Source: Eledone cirrhosa
Lineage: Eukaryota
DNA length: 64,000 nucleotides
Direction: 5' to 3'
Assembly: GCA_964016885.1 (NCBI GenBank)
Contig: OZ024740.1
Span: forward strand, 277,326,001-277,390,000
Positions 21,805 to 35,234 of this stretch are shown here, in pieces. Position 1 is the stretch's first letter. Each line of letters starts with the position of its first letter. The notes under the pieces were generated by a model, which saw only the letters and a program-made list of their open reading frames with translations, was not told where the DNA came from and did no database searches. A program made the position numbers and the translations under genes.

Positions 21805-23935
21805 GAATACTCGTGGGTTATATCCTTAGTATTAGAGCACTCAACTCATGGGTCGTGTTTCGCAGAAATAGTTCCATAACAGTTAATTCACAATTACTGA
21901 GAACAATTGTTTCACCTTATTTGGATAATCAGCCCGGTTTAAACAACAAACTGAAATACTGCCAGCAGCAACACACCCATTTGTCTGCCATTAGATCACT
22001 TGAATCGAAAAAACACATCCTCCAAAACAGCATGATGTACATCATCAACACTCAAAGAGCAGTTGAAGAGGCCTGGGCCATTGAGAAAATCAAACTCAAT
22101 TCCAAAATGTTCTTTTCATTTGCAAAAAAACACAAAGTCACAGGCTCCACTGTTTGGCCCTCTAATGGATGAAAATGTCACTTTCCAAGATAGTGGCAAA
22201 ACTATGAGTGAGATACTGCAGAAACAATACTGCTCTGTTTTCAGCAATCCTGATATGGCTGATTTGGACTGTATCAGTGAAGTTAATTCCGAACACACTA
22301 TATCGGACATAACGTTTGGGGCCCCTAATGTCTTGGTGGCATAAAAGAAATCTAAACACAATTCAGCAGTAGTTCCCGATAGTTTCTCTGCTTGTGTCCT
22401 GAAGGTGTGTCGACACCAACTTGCATCTCCTCTTGCTAATCTGTGGAGGAACTCACTGGATGCTGGATATATACCAGAAAACTTACTATCCCAGTCTGTT
22501 GTCCCAGTTTTCAAAACGGGAAATAAATCACTTGCTGTGAATTACCGTCCAATCTCACTCACCTCTCTTATCATTAATGTATTTGAGAGGGTGGTGAGAT
22601 CACGAATAACTTACTCACCTCTCATATCATTAAGGTATTTGAGAGGGTGGTGAGATCACGAATAACTTACTCACCTCTCATATCATTAAGGTATTTGAGA
22701 GGGTGGTGAGATCACGAATAACTTACTTTCTTGAAAGCAACAATCTGCTGAACTCCAATGAAATGGATTCCGTAATGAAAGGGACTGCCTAACGCAGCTA
22801 CTGCATCACTTTGGTGACATTTTGAGAGCTTTGGGAGAGGGCTCCGACACTGATCTCATCTACCTTGATTTCAGCAAGGCCTTTGACAGGGTTGATCACA
22901 ACATTCTACTAAGAAAACTATCCAACATTGGCGTCACATGTTGAAGTAAGAATAAAATTCAGCCCAGCCAAAGTCAGTAGTGGTGTCCCACAAGGCACTG
23001 TGTTCGGCCCACTTCTTTATATTATCTATATCAATGCATTACTGACATCATCAAGCACAGCAGCATAAGAATCTTCGCAGATGGTTCCAAGATTCAAAGG
23101 GTCATCAATGAGGTGGGTGACCTGACTTGCCTTCATTCAGACCTACTGGCTGTTATCCAATGGGTAGAAATAAAACAATATGCTGTTGAACGAGGATAAA
23201 TTTGAGTTAATCCACTTTGGAAAAAAGGATGGCCTGAATATCCCATAGTCCCTTCCTTCAGGTCAAACTTTCGTCGCATCCAACAACATCAGAGACGTGG
23301 ATTCTCAGAACTTTCCAGTCGAGAGATATCCACACTATTATCCTTCTATTTTTCACTTTTGCCCGACCCAACCTTAAATATTGATGTCCACACGAAACAA
23401 AGTATCATGAAAATTAAAGATCCTCAAAGGTCAATCCCGAAAAATATAGATGGCATGTCAAGCCTTGACTATTGGGGTCGACTAGAAAAACTCAAACTTT
23501 AATCTATCCAACGCCTCCATGAGCACTACATTATCTGCATGATGTGGAAAATAGTCCATCATCATTGCCCAAATGATGTTGGCATCACCTTTAAACTACA
23601 CACAAGGCCATGCTATCCAACCACAACAAAAATCAAACTGGCATCTCATAACAACAATACGGCACAATTATTTCAACTCAATTGGCCCCGCTCTCTTTAA
23701 CATTACACCAAAACACACTAAAACAGAAACAGACCCCATAAAGTTCAGAAATCTTTAGAAAAACGCCTTCAAGAAATCTTGGATGAACCTCTTACATCCG
23801 GATATATCTTCAGACACAATAACTCCTTTCTTGAGTGGGCCATGGTTTCCAAATCCTGATTTGTAAGACTTCGCCAGGTGGTGCTATTAAGTTAGGCCAA
23901 TACAGGCTAAAACCTAACAAAGTTATCAAAGTTAA
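21805..23935 (+). mobile_element. Decayed CR1-clade LINE (ORF2 RT region)
   Basis: NYRPISLTS, IYLDFSKAFDRVDH, SGVPQGTV and IFAD motifs with many stops and frameshifts. A 56-bp triplication lies at ~22570-22728. Confidence 0.85.
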
Positions 23936-24289
23936 ATTACATATATATATACATATATTAATCTTAAGCCAAATCCCAAATGTCTGTATACTATATATTC
24001 AATATCTCCGCTAGTTACAAACAATTCGTCCCCTGAAAACGGAAATAATTCTTCCAATAATGGTTGTTCCAATATTTGGAAATAATTAATATAGTTTCTT
24101 GACTACAGAACCCCTGTTGGGGATATTTTATGACTTATTTTTATTAGTCTAGCGTATGTCCTCTCAAATCGAGATTTTGGCTTCAATATGTTTTATTACT
24201 TCTCTGAGTTGATAATGTTTTATGCTTTCATTGAGATGTCTATGTATTAGAGACAAATAACGTTTTGATTCATATATATATATATGATT

Positions 24290-24866
24290 ATTGGACTGGC
24301 AGTATCGGTAGAGGGTCGGACGCCATGCTTTGATGCATAGAATTACGACCATTTCCAATCTGAGTTCAAATCCCACCGAGGTTAACTTTGCCTTTCATCC
24401 TTACGGGGTCGATAAAATAATGTACCAGTAATGCACTGGGTAATTTCTGGCCTTGTGCCAAAAGTAGAAACAATTATTTACTATAGAAATATTGAAATGG
24501 GTTATACAGGACTAGAGCTCTTTTATTTCTAGTCCTGTAGAAGCCATTTCTATATAAAATAATAATTGTTTCTACTTTTGGCACAAGGCCAGCAATTATC
24601 TCAGTGTATTACTGGTACTTTATTTTATCGACTCCGTTAGGATGAAAGGCAAAGTTAACCTCGGCGGGATTTGAACTCAGAATAGCAAAATATAAAATAA
24701 TAATTGTTTCTACTTTAGGCACAAGGCCAGCAAATACCCAGTGCATTACTGGTACTTTATTTTATCGACCTCGTAAGGATGAAAGGCGGGATTTGAACTC
24801 AGATCGTAAAGGGACGTAACTATGCTGGAAAGCATGGCGTCCGACTCTCTACCGATACTGCCAATC
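24290..24866. mobile_element. Cluster of three SINE family A copies (24290-24478 +, 24562-24682 -, 24700-24866 -)
   Basis: Conserved SINE body in both orientations. Confidence 0.8.
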
Positions 24867-25057
24867 TAAAATAACAATATTCACACTTTATTAATCTATT
24901 AAGTACCTTATCTACGTTGATTACCCCCGATGTAACTCGCGTTCTAAACATACACACTCCCACACATTCACACACACATATACCCCCCCCCCAACACACA
25001 TACACACAATATATATATGTATACATACATATATAGACATGCATATATATATATATG

Positions 25058-25090
<33 letters not shown>

Positions 25091-25158
25091 ATAAATGAAG
25101 TATTTCCGTAGGTAAGGTAAAGGAAAAAAGAGTGCTCTATGTAGGCTACAGAGCCTTT

Positions 25159-25359
25159 TAGTTATGTAATAAACAACATAAGATAATTATTTCCTTTACC
25201 AGTGGTTTGTTGAGGACAGATATTTATATCTGTCTTCAGTCGTCAGAAAGAATAAGGGCTTATTATTCTTTCTGACGACTGAAGGCAGATATAAATATCT
25301 GTCCCCAAGAAACCACTGGTAAATGAAATAATTATCTTATGTTCTTTATTACATAACTA
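25159..25359. repeat. ~97-bp-arm hairpin made of two inverted hammerhead-bearing units
   Basis: Arms 25159-25255 / 25263-25359 with a 7-nt loop. The left-arm HHR (minus strand) has CAAA in place of GAAA. Confidence 0.85.
25265..25329 (+). ncRNA. Type I hammerhead-like motif
   Basis: CTGACGA, long imperfect stem II (GGCAGATA/TATCTGTC), GAAA-CC-ACT-GG-TA. Confidence 0.6.
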
Positions 25360-25374
25360 TATATATATATATAC

Positions 25375-25454
<80 letters not shown>

Positions 25455-25467
<13 letters not shown>

Positions 25468-28400
25468 GGTAGATGTCTGTTTGTGTGTGTATGATTTTTA
25501 TGCATTTCCACATTTCTCTACCGATTTTGATGATTTTTTTGCCAATATACTCCAGATTTACCAGGGCAGGTCACCGCGTAATTACTTTTGCCAAACATTT
25601 CCTGCTTCTATGAAAAATAATCGATAAAACTAAATACATGCTGTAACCCTCTCTCTTACACGCTTCATTCCTCTCACTACCCTCAATCTCCTCCGCAACT
25701 CTCTTTAAAAGGTTACTGCCTCCGTCTCTGAAGGAACGCGACACAAACTTTGATAACCCTCTCTCTTACACGCTTCATTCCTCTCACTGCCCTCAATCTC
25801 CTCTGCAACTCTCTTTAAAAAGTTACTGCCTCCGTCTCCATTACAGTTTAGAACAACGACAAATCTTCTCTCTCTATAATAGATCATTCACCCTCTTCGT
25901 TCGTCATACATCAAATATCAAAATTTAAAAAGCCGATAACACTAAATACATACTGCCCTCTCAACGTTACATTTTACCTCAAATAGCAAATATTCAAAAG
26001 CAACAGATGAATTTATAAAACAACAAACGTAACAATAACGACGCTTATTCGTTCATTTACTTGAATCTCAACAAAGACATTATATTTTATTATTGTCCTT
26101 TTTGTAATTTTTCTTTCTTTGTTTTTCTCAATATGAGACAAAAAATTAATGGGAAAACTTTTTTAACGAACGTCCGATTTCGATGATTTATTTTCCAGTG
26201 TTCTCCAAAATAACGCCCCTGTTTACGCTCTTTTGTGCTATAACTCAGACAGGCTTGGCTTACAGGTTTGACCTATTATTTGACGTGTATTCTTCATAGA
26301 TCTTACTTAGTACTCACTTTCCACTTACTCACCGTTCAATTGAAAGTAAACTATGCACTGATGCCAGAAGTTCAGATTGGATCCATGTCTGTCATTTGCC
26401 AATATTGTCGGGAAAGAAATGGCCTGGGGAGACTTCAGGGATGTGCTGCTCTGACGGCAAAGTGAAACTCTCTCCTCTACAGGAACCGCCACAACCTTTG
26501 AAGTCTCTACTGACCGGTTCCACAGCGGAGTCGGCACACTTCCTTCAATGTTCCAGGAGATACAACGCTGCCTTCCAACTGACCTCTTTCAGAGCTAACA
26601 TCATACGCGAGGACGGCTTCATACCTACCTTTAAAGTTCAAGGAGAAATTTACCACAGAATCGGTTCGCTACTGCCCACGACAGACGGACAGCCCCAGTT
26701 CCTACAGCTATACTTTGTCACTGACTATTTGGACCAAGCGGAATGACGCGCTTCAATTTCGCCTGGCACAGACATGAACATTCTGTTGCAACTCCATAGA
26801 ATGCTGCACGAAAACAACAACTACATTCGCAGTTTTAAATGCGCATTGGAGGCTGCTCCGTTGCCAAATTTTGCTGTTATAATCGACGCTGACAGGAAAC
26901 CACCAGGCACCTACGCCAGACGTTTTAACACTCCCACGTGCAATGAAATAGCTGTGCTTCTTCATGGACAAAGCTGTGCTTCTTCATGGACAAGCGGGAC
27001 ATCATACTTCAGTGTAGGGACAATAATCTGCAACGGATCAGCGAGACGCATAGGTCCTACGACGCATTCCAATATCCCCTACTTTTCCCATTCGGTGACG
27101 ACGGATACCACTTTGGAATTACTTTGTGCAACAGCAACAAAACTGTTTCCTCTATGCAATTCTACACCTACCAATTCATGGTCTGGGAAGGTTTCTTTAA
27201 CCAACTCCACCGTGCAAGAGTACTTTTCAACCAGCTTACTGTAGGCGCGTGCGCAAAGATGGAATCTGTAAGGCTGTGCTACATAAGGAACAATCAAGCA
27301 CGCCTTCGTTCGGACAGCTACATTCACTTACGGCATGGAGTAAGGAATGACGTCGATCCCGAGAACCTAGGAAAACATTGTATCCTTCCGTCGACCTTAA
27401 TTGGGAGTCTCCGATACATGAGTGAACGCACACAGGATGCTATGACGTACGTGCGTCTCTACGGCAGACCGGATCTCTTCATCACTTCAACATGCAACCA
27501 TAAGTGGAATAAAATTACCGCGGAATTTGCAATACACCATAACTACCCCCCAATCAAACAGTTGGCGGTGCACCTTGAAAACAGTCAAAGAGTCTACTTC
27601 ACCGTCTCCACCGCTGCTGAGATAGCAGAGGAACCCAAGGACACCACACTTACGGCATTTTTAAAGTTATGCCAAAACGATCCCTTCGCCAAGACCATCT
27701 TCTACTCTCAGGTGCCATCATACTACACATGGAACACAGACAACATAATTTGGTTAAGAAGGGTGAAAGGACAACTCGTCGAGGGACATCCAGACATTAA
27801 AATGTACCCTACCCTTGGGAGAGTGTACACCATTCATCATAACCAACAGGAATGCTTTTATCTCCGCCTTCCACTGCATGATGTGGTAGGAAGGACATCT
27901 TTCGACGATCTGAAAACAATCAACGGAGAGCTTTGTACTTCATTCCGCGCAGCCTGCCTTAGACGGGGTCTACTGGAAGATGGCGCTCAGTGGGATGCGA
28001 TATTGGCGGAGGCAGCTACAATACGCTCAGCGCGAACTCTTCGGCAACTCTTTGCGGTGCTACTGCAGATGTGCGAGTTAAGCGATCTTGCATCCTTATG
28101 GGACAAATACAAGGAGGACCTTTCCGATGACTACATACACCAAGGACAACTGCTACTCCCTCATTCCGACGTACGACTCAGCGACGAATTCTTCAACAAA
28201 GCTCTCATTGATATCGAGGACAAAATCCTAACTGCCGGCGGAAATGATCTTCCATTCTATGGACTGCCAAAAGTTCAGCGAACGGACTCCGACAAACTTC
28301 CGACGGGCATAATTCAGGAAACTGTCTACGACGTCCACGCCCTCGCACTGTTCTTCAACGAAAACGAGCCGAAATTGTTGCAGGACCAACGGCAGGCGTA

Positions 28401-29767
28401 TGACACAGTTTGCACTTCCATTCGTCAGAGGAGGTATCTTCTTTTTGGACGCCCCAGGAGGAACTGGTAAAACATTCGTCAATAAACTCCTCCTCGCCAA
28501 AGTGCGACAGCAGAAAGGAATCGCCCTGGCTGTGGCTTCTTCTTGCATTGCCGCAACTCTGCTGCCCGGAGGTAGGACAGCTCATTCCGCATTTAAACTG
28601 CCATTCAACACGACTTCAGATGACACAATAACCTGCAACATTACCAAGGACTCTAACAAAGCTGAAGTCTTGAAAAGATGCCACGTAATTGTGTGGGACG
28701 AATGCACAATGGCCCATAAAGGGTCTCTTGAGGCGTTAGACAGGACCCTACGAGACATCAGGGAATGCAACCGGTCGATGGGAGGAGTACCTCTACTGCT
28801 GTCTGGCGATTTTCGACAAACTCTTCCAGTTGTTCCAAAAGCGACCAGGGACGACACTGTGGGGGCTTGCATTAAGTCATCTCCCCTGTAGCAGGAAGTG
28901 ACAATCCTGATCCTCACAACAAACATGAGAACCCACCTTCTTGGTGACCACTCAACAACTGACTTCTGAAAGGACCCCTTAACAGTTGGTGACGGCACTG
29001 CACCTTCAGATGCAGCTGGAGAAATGGCAGTCTCGCAAGTAGGCACCGTTGTCGACACTGTTGACAACCTCACATCCTCTGTCTTTCCCGATATGGCGAT
29101 CAACTACAAAAACACGAGTTGGCTATGCGATAGAGCCATATTGGCTCCCAAAAATGTCTCAGTTGCAAAAATCAATGAGGGCCTTCTGCAACGCATTCCT
29201 GGAAATCTCCGTACCTACAAATCTGTGGACAAAGATGAGGTGGACAAAGATGAGGTTGACGATTTTCCAACATAATTCCTCAATTCCTTGGACCTCTCTC
29301 AACTGCCACCTCATGAACTGCGCGTCAAAGTTGGGACTCCAGTTATGCTGTTGAGGAACCTGGAACCACCACGTCTCTGCAACGGAACACGGTTAGTGGT
29401 AAGAAACCTCCTGCCGCATGTAATTGAAGCCACAATTCTCACGGGCTGCGGCGCTGAAGACAACGTCTTCATACCCAGAATACCATTAACTCGCATGCTT
29501 AAGAGTGGGATGCAAGCAGAACTTATTCATACTTGCGCCCAAATGCAGATAAAAAAATGTGGTCTACATAGAGGTGTTGTGACTCCTCTATTCAGCACCA
29601 CTGCAGTCTTGCCGGTCTGACATATAGTGAGTAGATGCTATTGTTGTATATTTTCAATCAAACTTACCCGTATTTACTTTCAATGCCTTAATATTCATAA
29701 TTGAGTGGAATCATTAAAAGTACTTTAAAGCAATTAAACTCCGAGCAACGCCGGGTATTTCTGCTAG
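25455..29767 (+). mobile_element. Helitron 1 (decayed autonomous-type element)
   Basis: RepHel remnants at 26330-29490. 3' hairpin CCGAGCAACGCCGGG followed by CTAG|T at 29764-29768. The 5' end merges into (TA)n. Confidence 0.88.
26330..29490 (+). pseudogene. Helitron Rep/PIF1 helicase pseudogene lacking Rep motifs II/III
   Basis: CCSDGKV, YDAFQYPLLFP, GRPDLFIT, FFLDAPGGTGKT, VWDECTM, GDFRQTLPV and LCNGTR motifs. Frameshifts (e.g. duplication at 26950-26992) and stops. Confidence 0.9.
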
Positions 29768-29782
29768 TATATATATATATAT

Positions 29783-30172
29783 AAACGAAAAAAATGAAAC
29801 GAAATTTCATTTCCCACTCTTAGTACGGTTGTTACTTAAATATAAGTATGTACACGTACATACATATATGTATACAGACGTACAGTAGTATGTATATATA
29901 TATACATACATGCACACATATATATATGTACGTATGGATTCACCGAACATTTATTATAATGCTCGGTGTGTCTGTAAACAAACATCCCCTATTAAGCTGT
30001 AGTGTCCAGCAACCATCGTTGCTCGTTTGTTCAATACTGACAAAGGACCGCTGTACTAGTTTCAAGCTTATTAGCTATCGTCAGCAACGTATACCTTCCT
30101 GCCAGATTGTTGAACGTATATACTTACCTTATGCATATTAACGGCTGAGTAGCCCAATTTGCATATCGAGTG
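29783..30172 (-). mobile_element. Near-monomer copy of the 431-nt HHR unit, located between the two Helitrons
   Basis: Reverse complement of the 10.5-11.0 kb unit with different breakpoints. Confidence 0.8.
30049..30089 (-). ncRNA. Type I hammerhead ribozyme
   Basis: Reverse complement: CGTTG-CTGACGA-TAGCT-AATA-AGCTT-GAAA-CTAG-TA-CAGCG. Confidence 0.78.
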
Positions 30173-30227
30173 TACACGTACATACATATATGTATGTACG
30201 TATATATGTATGTACGTGTACATACTT

Positions 30228-33200
30228 ATATATATATATAAATCTGAGGATGTGTGTGTTAAGGTTTGTAACGTATGCACGTCCACAATTTCCAACGGAT
30301 TCTATTCAATGTCGGGACAATTATTGCTTTTGGTCAGGAAAAGGTCATGAAGCTAGAAAATTTTAAATCCATCAACAATAAGGGCAAAATTCGATCATGA
30401 TCCTTCCCCCTCTTTATAATTTAACTGTTTTACTCTCTCTGTCGCTCTTCACTCCCGATATGACAACACTGCAGAGAGAGAAACAATATTTATGATCAAA
30501 TGGAGCGTTCCGTATATTCCCTCTCTTTATAATTTAACTGCTTTACTCTCTCTGTCGCTCTTCACTGCCTATATGACAACACTGCAGTGGAGCGTTCCGT
30601 ATTGACATACGGCTTATCTGGGGAATTTTCAATCGGCTTATTGCAAAACTGTTTCTACTTTAGGCACAAGGCCAGCAATTATCCAGTGCATTACTGGTAC
30701 TTTATTTTATCGACCCCGTAAGGATGAAAGGCAAAGTCAACCTCGGCGGGATTTGAACTCACTTATAGCAAATAACAACCCGCAAAATAACACTTCATAT
30801 AACATATTAATGCTATAGCCATATGAATCTGAATGTAACCCGTTAACTTTTTCCAGGGCAAAATTATTCGAACAGACATGACCTCATTGCCAGAGTGTTC
30901 AGACTGAAACTGGCTAAACTCATGGCTTTAATCAAAAAGGGTCAGGTATTTGGGGTTGTAAAATGTGACATGTTCACCGTCGAATGGCAAAAACGAGGGC
31001 TGCCACATGCTCACATTTTGATTTGGTTAGCTGATAAAATCAATTCAAATGCCATAGACAGCTTCATTTCGGCTGAAATCCCTAACCCAGCAACTGACCA
31101 GGAATTACATGACATCGTCAAAGCTAACATGGTCCGTGTGCGTCGGGTCCTAATGAGCATCACACGTGTCTGAAAGGGGGGTCGTGCAGTAAGGGATACC
31201 CAAAAACATTTGTTGACCAGACTCAGACTGGTGGCGACGGGTACCTCCTGTACAGGCGGAGACGGCCCGAGAACGGTGGCTTCACCACAACAGAAAGGGA
31301 TGTCAAGTCGACAATAGATGGGTGGTCCCTTACTGCTCGCTTCTCTTGAAGATGTTCAACGCTCACATCAACGTTGAGTTTTGCAACTCCGTCAAGTCGA
31401 TAAAATACATATACAAATATGTAAATAAGGACTCTGATGCCGCAATGTTCGCATTTCAAGCTGAAAATAGCAGGGACGAGGTCACAGAATACCTGGCGGG
31501 GCGGTACATCAGTAGCAATGAAGCTTTTTGTCGCCTATTTGGTTTACCCCTACACCAACGGCATCCCGCCATCGTACAGCTTGTGGTACATTTGGAAAAT
31601 TGGCAAAGGGACCAAACCGCCACCAAGTTCCCCGCCTATCCGAAACAGTCCACTCTGACGGGTTTCTTCAAACTTTGCGAGTTCGATACATTTGCGCAAA
31701 CAATTGTGTACCCCCAAGTTCCATCCTACTTTATATGGTCGAAAAACACTTGGGTGCGAAGAAAGTCTGTTGAAAGAGATCCTTGTGTAAAATGTGTCAG
31801 CTGTCTTGGAAAGGTTTACACTGTGCCCCCAAGTCAGCATGAGTGCTTTCATCTCCGCCTTTTTCTGCATGAAGTTGTAGGGCTACAAAGTTTTCAGGAC
31901 CTCAAAACTGTTGATGGAGAAATATGTGATACGTACCGGGAAGCCTGCTTTAAGCGTGGTCTTTTGGAAGATGATTCGCAATGGGATTCCACTTTAGCAG
32001 ATGGTGCTTTGCTGAAATCGCCTAAAGGTCTACGTGAACTATTTGCCGTTTTGCTTCAAAAGTGTGAATTGAGTGATCCCAAATCTTTATGGGTCAAGTA
32101 CAGAGACTTCATGTCTGAGGACTTCCTGCACCTGGCTCATCTGCAGTATCCTTCAGTGGAAGTTGGTTACAGTGACATTATCTACAACAGGGCACTCATT
32201 GATATCGAGGACGCCCTCCTCGACATGGGTGGGAGTGAGTTGGCGACGTATGGCTTGCCGTCAACCGTCAGAGAGAAAGCTAACACGTTGGCCCCGGAAT
32301 TGTTGCGGGAAACAGCATATGACATCGAATCTCTTTCCCAGTAATTAGAGGAAAATGAGCCCAAACTTCAGTCGGACTAAAGGTTGGCCTATTTAACTAT
32401 CATTGACGCGGTTCAAAATCAGACTGGGGGTAGTTACTTTCTCGATGCTTCTGGGCTACCGGAAAAACTTTTGTAACGAAATGGATACTCGCTAAGATTC
32501 GTCAGGAGAAAAAATTTTCGTTGGCTGTTGCATCGTCCGGGATAACTGCAACTTTGCTGCCGGGAGGCAGGACAGCACATTCAACCTTTAAACTCCCCTT
32601 CGATTTAGTAAAAGCTGAGACACCAACATGCAATATCAGCAAGAGTTCACACGAAGCTCTGGTTCTCAAAAAATGTTGCCTCATTGTTTGGGATGAGTGC
32701 ACAATGGCACACAAGGGTGCCCTTGAGGCATTGTACAGGACCCTGAAAGACATTAGAGATTCTACGGCTCCTATGGGTGGCGTAACCCTTCTGCTATCAG
32801 GGGATTTTCGACAAACGCTGCCTGTCATCCCCAAAGGGACAAGAGCTGATGATGTGCGTGCCAGCCTTAAGTCATCCATGCTGTGGCTCCAGGTGAAGAG
32901 TTTGTACCTGAGCATAAATATGCGTGCTCATTTGCATGGTGACAACATGTCTGCAGCAGTTGCTCAGAACATTTTAGCACTTGGTGAGTGCAAGGTCCCT
33001 GCGGCATAGCAATCGATTGCCTGTGCAACATTGTGAGCAGCCCTTCTGACCTTTGGGAAGCAGTTTTTCCTAATGTCTCATCTAACTTTAAAAACCTCGA
33101 TTGGCTCAGCGAAAGAGCCATCCTTGCCCCGAAAATGACCATGGTTAATTTTATTAACGAGCAGCTGATTGAGAAGATTCCCGCCAAAGAGCATATCTTC

Positions 33201-34024
33201 AAATCTATCAACCGGACGTCAGATAGATTAGCAATTAACGATATCGTTAATTATCCGTTTGATTTATTAAATTCCCTTGAGCCCCCAGAGTCTCCACCTC
33301 ACATTCTTAAGCTTAGGGTTGGCTGTCCCATTATGATAATAAGGAACTTGCGTCCACCAAAGCAGTGCAGCGGTACTCGCATGGTTGTCAAGTCACTGAC
33401 GCCCCACTTGATTGAGGCCACCATTGTAATGGGTGCGGGAGAGGGGAGAATGTTTTCATTCCAAGGATGAACCTTTACCCCTCGACGTCAGATATCCCGT
33501 TCGATTTCCGGCGAGACCATGTTTTGCCATGTCCATTAACAAGTCACAAGGGCAAACATTGTCGGTGGCGGGAATCCATTTGGGGGAGTTATGCTTCTCC
33601 CATGGCCAACTTTATGTTGCCTCTTCCCGTGTAGGGAGCAGGAATGGACTTTTTGATTACACTCCTCAAGGGATGACACGCAATATCGTCTACAAAGAGG
33701 TGCTATAGATGTTGGTGCAGGTGTTGGAGGTGCTGGAGCTATGCCGTTTGGAAAACTGGTAGGGTCACCCATCGCGGACAGATCTGACACCCAGCGGCAT
33801 CAGGGCCACCATCTTGCAACTTTGGTCTACTAAATTCGCTATTGGAAGATTATTAACCCATCATTGATTGTCCAAAATGCTAATTGGTTCGTAACTTTTA
33901 ATAACCGGTTCAACTGCTTTATGCACTTAATTGATAAGCTTATTCGCTTTCAAGCCACGTTTACCTGTATGTAACTTTTCATAGCAAATGAACACACCCG
34001 ACCAACGCCAGGCTAAACTGCTAG
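30228..34024 (+). mobile_element. Helitron 2 (decayed, N-terminally deleted; SINE inserted at 30650-30761)
   Basis: RepHel remnants at 30847-33708. 3' CCCGACCAACGCCAGG...CTAG|T at 34021-34025. Confidence 0.88.
30847..33708 (+). pseudogene. Helitron Rep/PIF1 helicase pseudogene retaining HUH motif II and motif III
   Basis: [48 protein letters not shown] and FSHGQLYVA motifs, with stops and frameshifts. Confidence 0.9.
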
Positions 34025-34029
34025 TATAT

Positions 34030-34866
34030 AATAAATGTAATCTGAGTTTTTCGAATATTAATAATAACATTCGATTCGTTTGCAATTATGCAAAGAAGCC
34101 TCAATTTTATCGCCATGTCAGTAGAATGAACACTTCATTCTTGCTCTTATGTTGGCATGCGAACAGACCTGCAGACACTAATGTTTCTGGGTATCACCCT
34201 TCATCAGTACAGCTCACTGTTTATCTGCCAAACTATCAGAGCTAGTGAAAATATATGCTATTTTCAAAAATACACAGTGACTGATCAGCCTGATTTGCAT
34301 ATTAGCAGACTGTTTGATCAGTCAGATCTGAGTATTAGCAGATCCACTGATCAGCCAGATTTGCATATCAGCAGACTGGCCAATCAGTTTCCTGTATACG
34401 AGCGATCAATGGCCGGCTTCGCCAAATTCAAATAAAATAGAAAGTTTCGCTCTACATGGCTGAATACAATAAATGTAATCTGAGTTTTTAGAATATTAAT
34501 AATAACATTTGATTCGTATGCAATTATACAAACACGCTTCAATTTTATAGCTATGTCAGTAGAATGAACACTTCATTCTTGCTCTTATGTTGGCATGCGA
34601 ACAGAACTGCAGACACTAATGTTTCTGGGTATCACCCTTCATCAGTACAGCTCACTGTTCACCTGCCAAACTGTCAGAGCTAGTGAAAATATATGGTATT
34701 TTCAAAAATACACAGTGACTGATCGGCCTGATTTGCATATTAGCAGACTTGATGATCTGCTAATGTGCAGATCTGACTGATCATACAGTCTGCTAATATG
34801 CAAATCAGGCCGATCAGTCACTGTGTATTTTTGAAAATAGCCTCTATTTTCACTAGCTCTGACAGT
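34030..34866. repeat. Tandem duplication (~34030-34310 / ~34468-34748) followed by an inverted copy (~34786-34866)
   Basis: Near-identical blocks, also shown by twin ORFs 34157 and 34595. Internal CTGATCAG..GATTTGCATATTAGCAGA subrepeats. Confidence 0.8.
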
Positions 34867-34981
34867 TCTGCCCCAAGCGACTGCGAGTCAAGGATCGGCC
34901 TCCACAGCCACCTTCCTGCCCACGGCAGACGGAAACTAAAATAAAGAAGATGTCATCATCGTTTACAATGGACAACCAAGA

Positions 34982-35040
<59 letters not shown>

Positions 35041-35183
35041 ATATATGTCACACGTCTATTATATATATATATAGTAATAATAATAAATTTGAAGACTAAA
35101 ATGCAAAGAGGGCTCGATAAGAAGAAATATATATCAAATATATAAGAACCGTAGAGCAAATATTTATTAAAATAACAGATTAA

Positions 35184-35234
35184 AGTTTAAGCAAAGAATC
35201 GCTGCTTTCACCCTTAACGGGATCTTCTGAAACT
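35184..35234 (-). ncRNA. Hammerhead-like motif (CAGAAGA core) in pLTR
   Basis: Reverse complement: AGTTT-CAGAAGA-TCCC-GTTAA-GGGT-GAAA-GCA-GCGATTCTT-TGC-TT-AAACT. Confidence 0.65.

Noticed and set aside
26986-28470. 494-aa ORF as an intact host or captured gene
   Set aside because: It is an internally deleted Helitron Rep fragment flanked by frameshifts.
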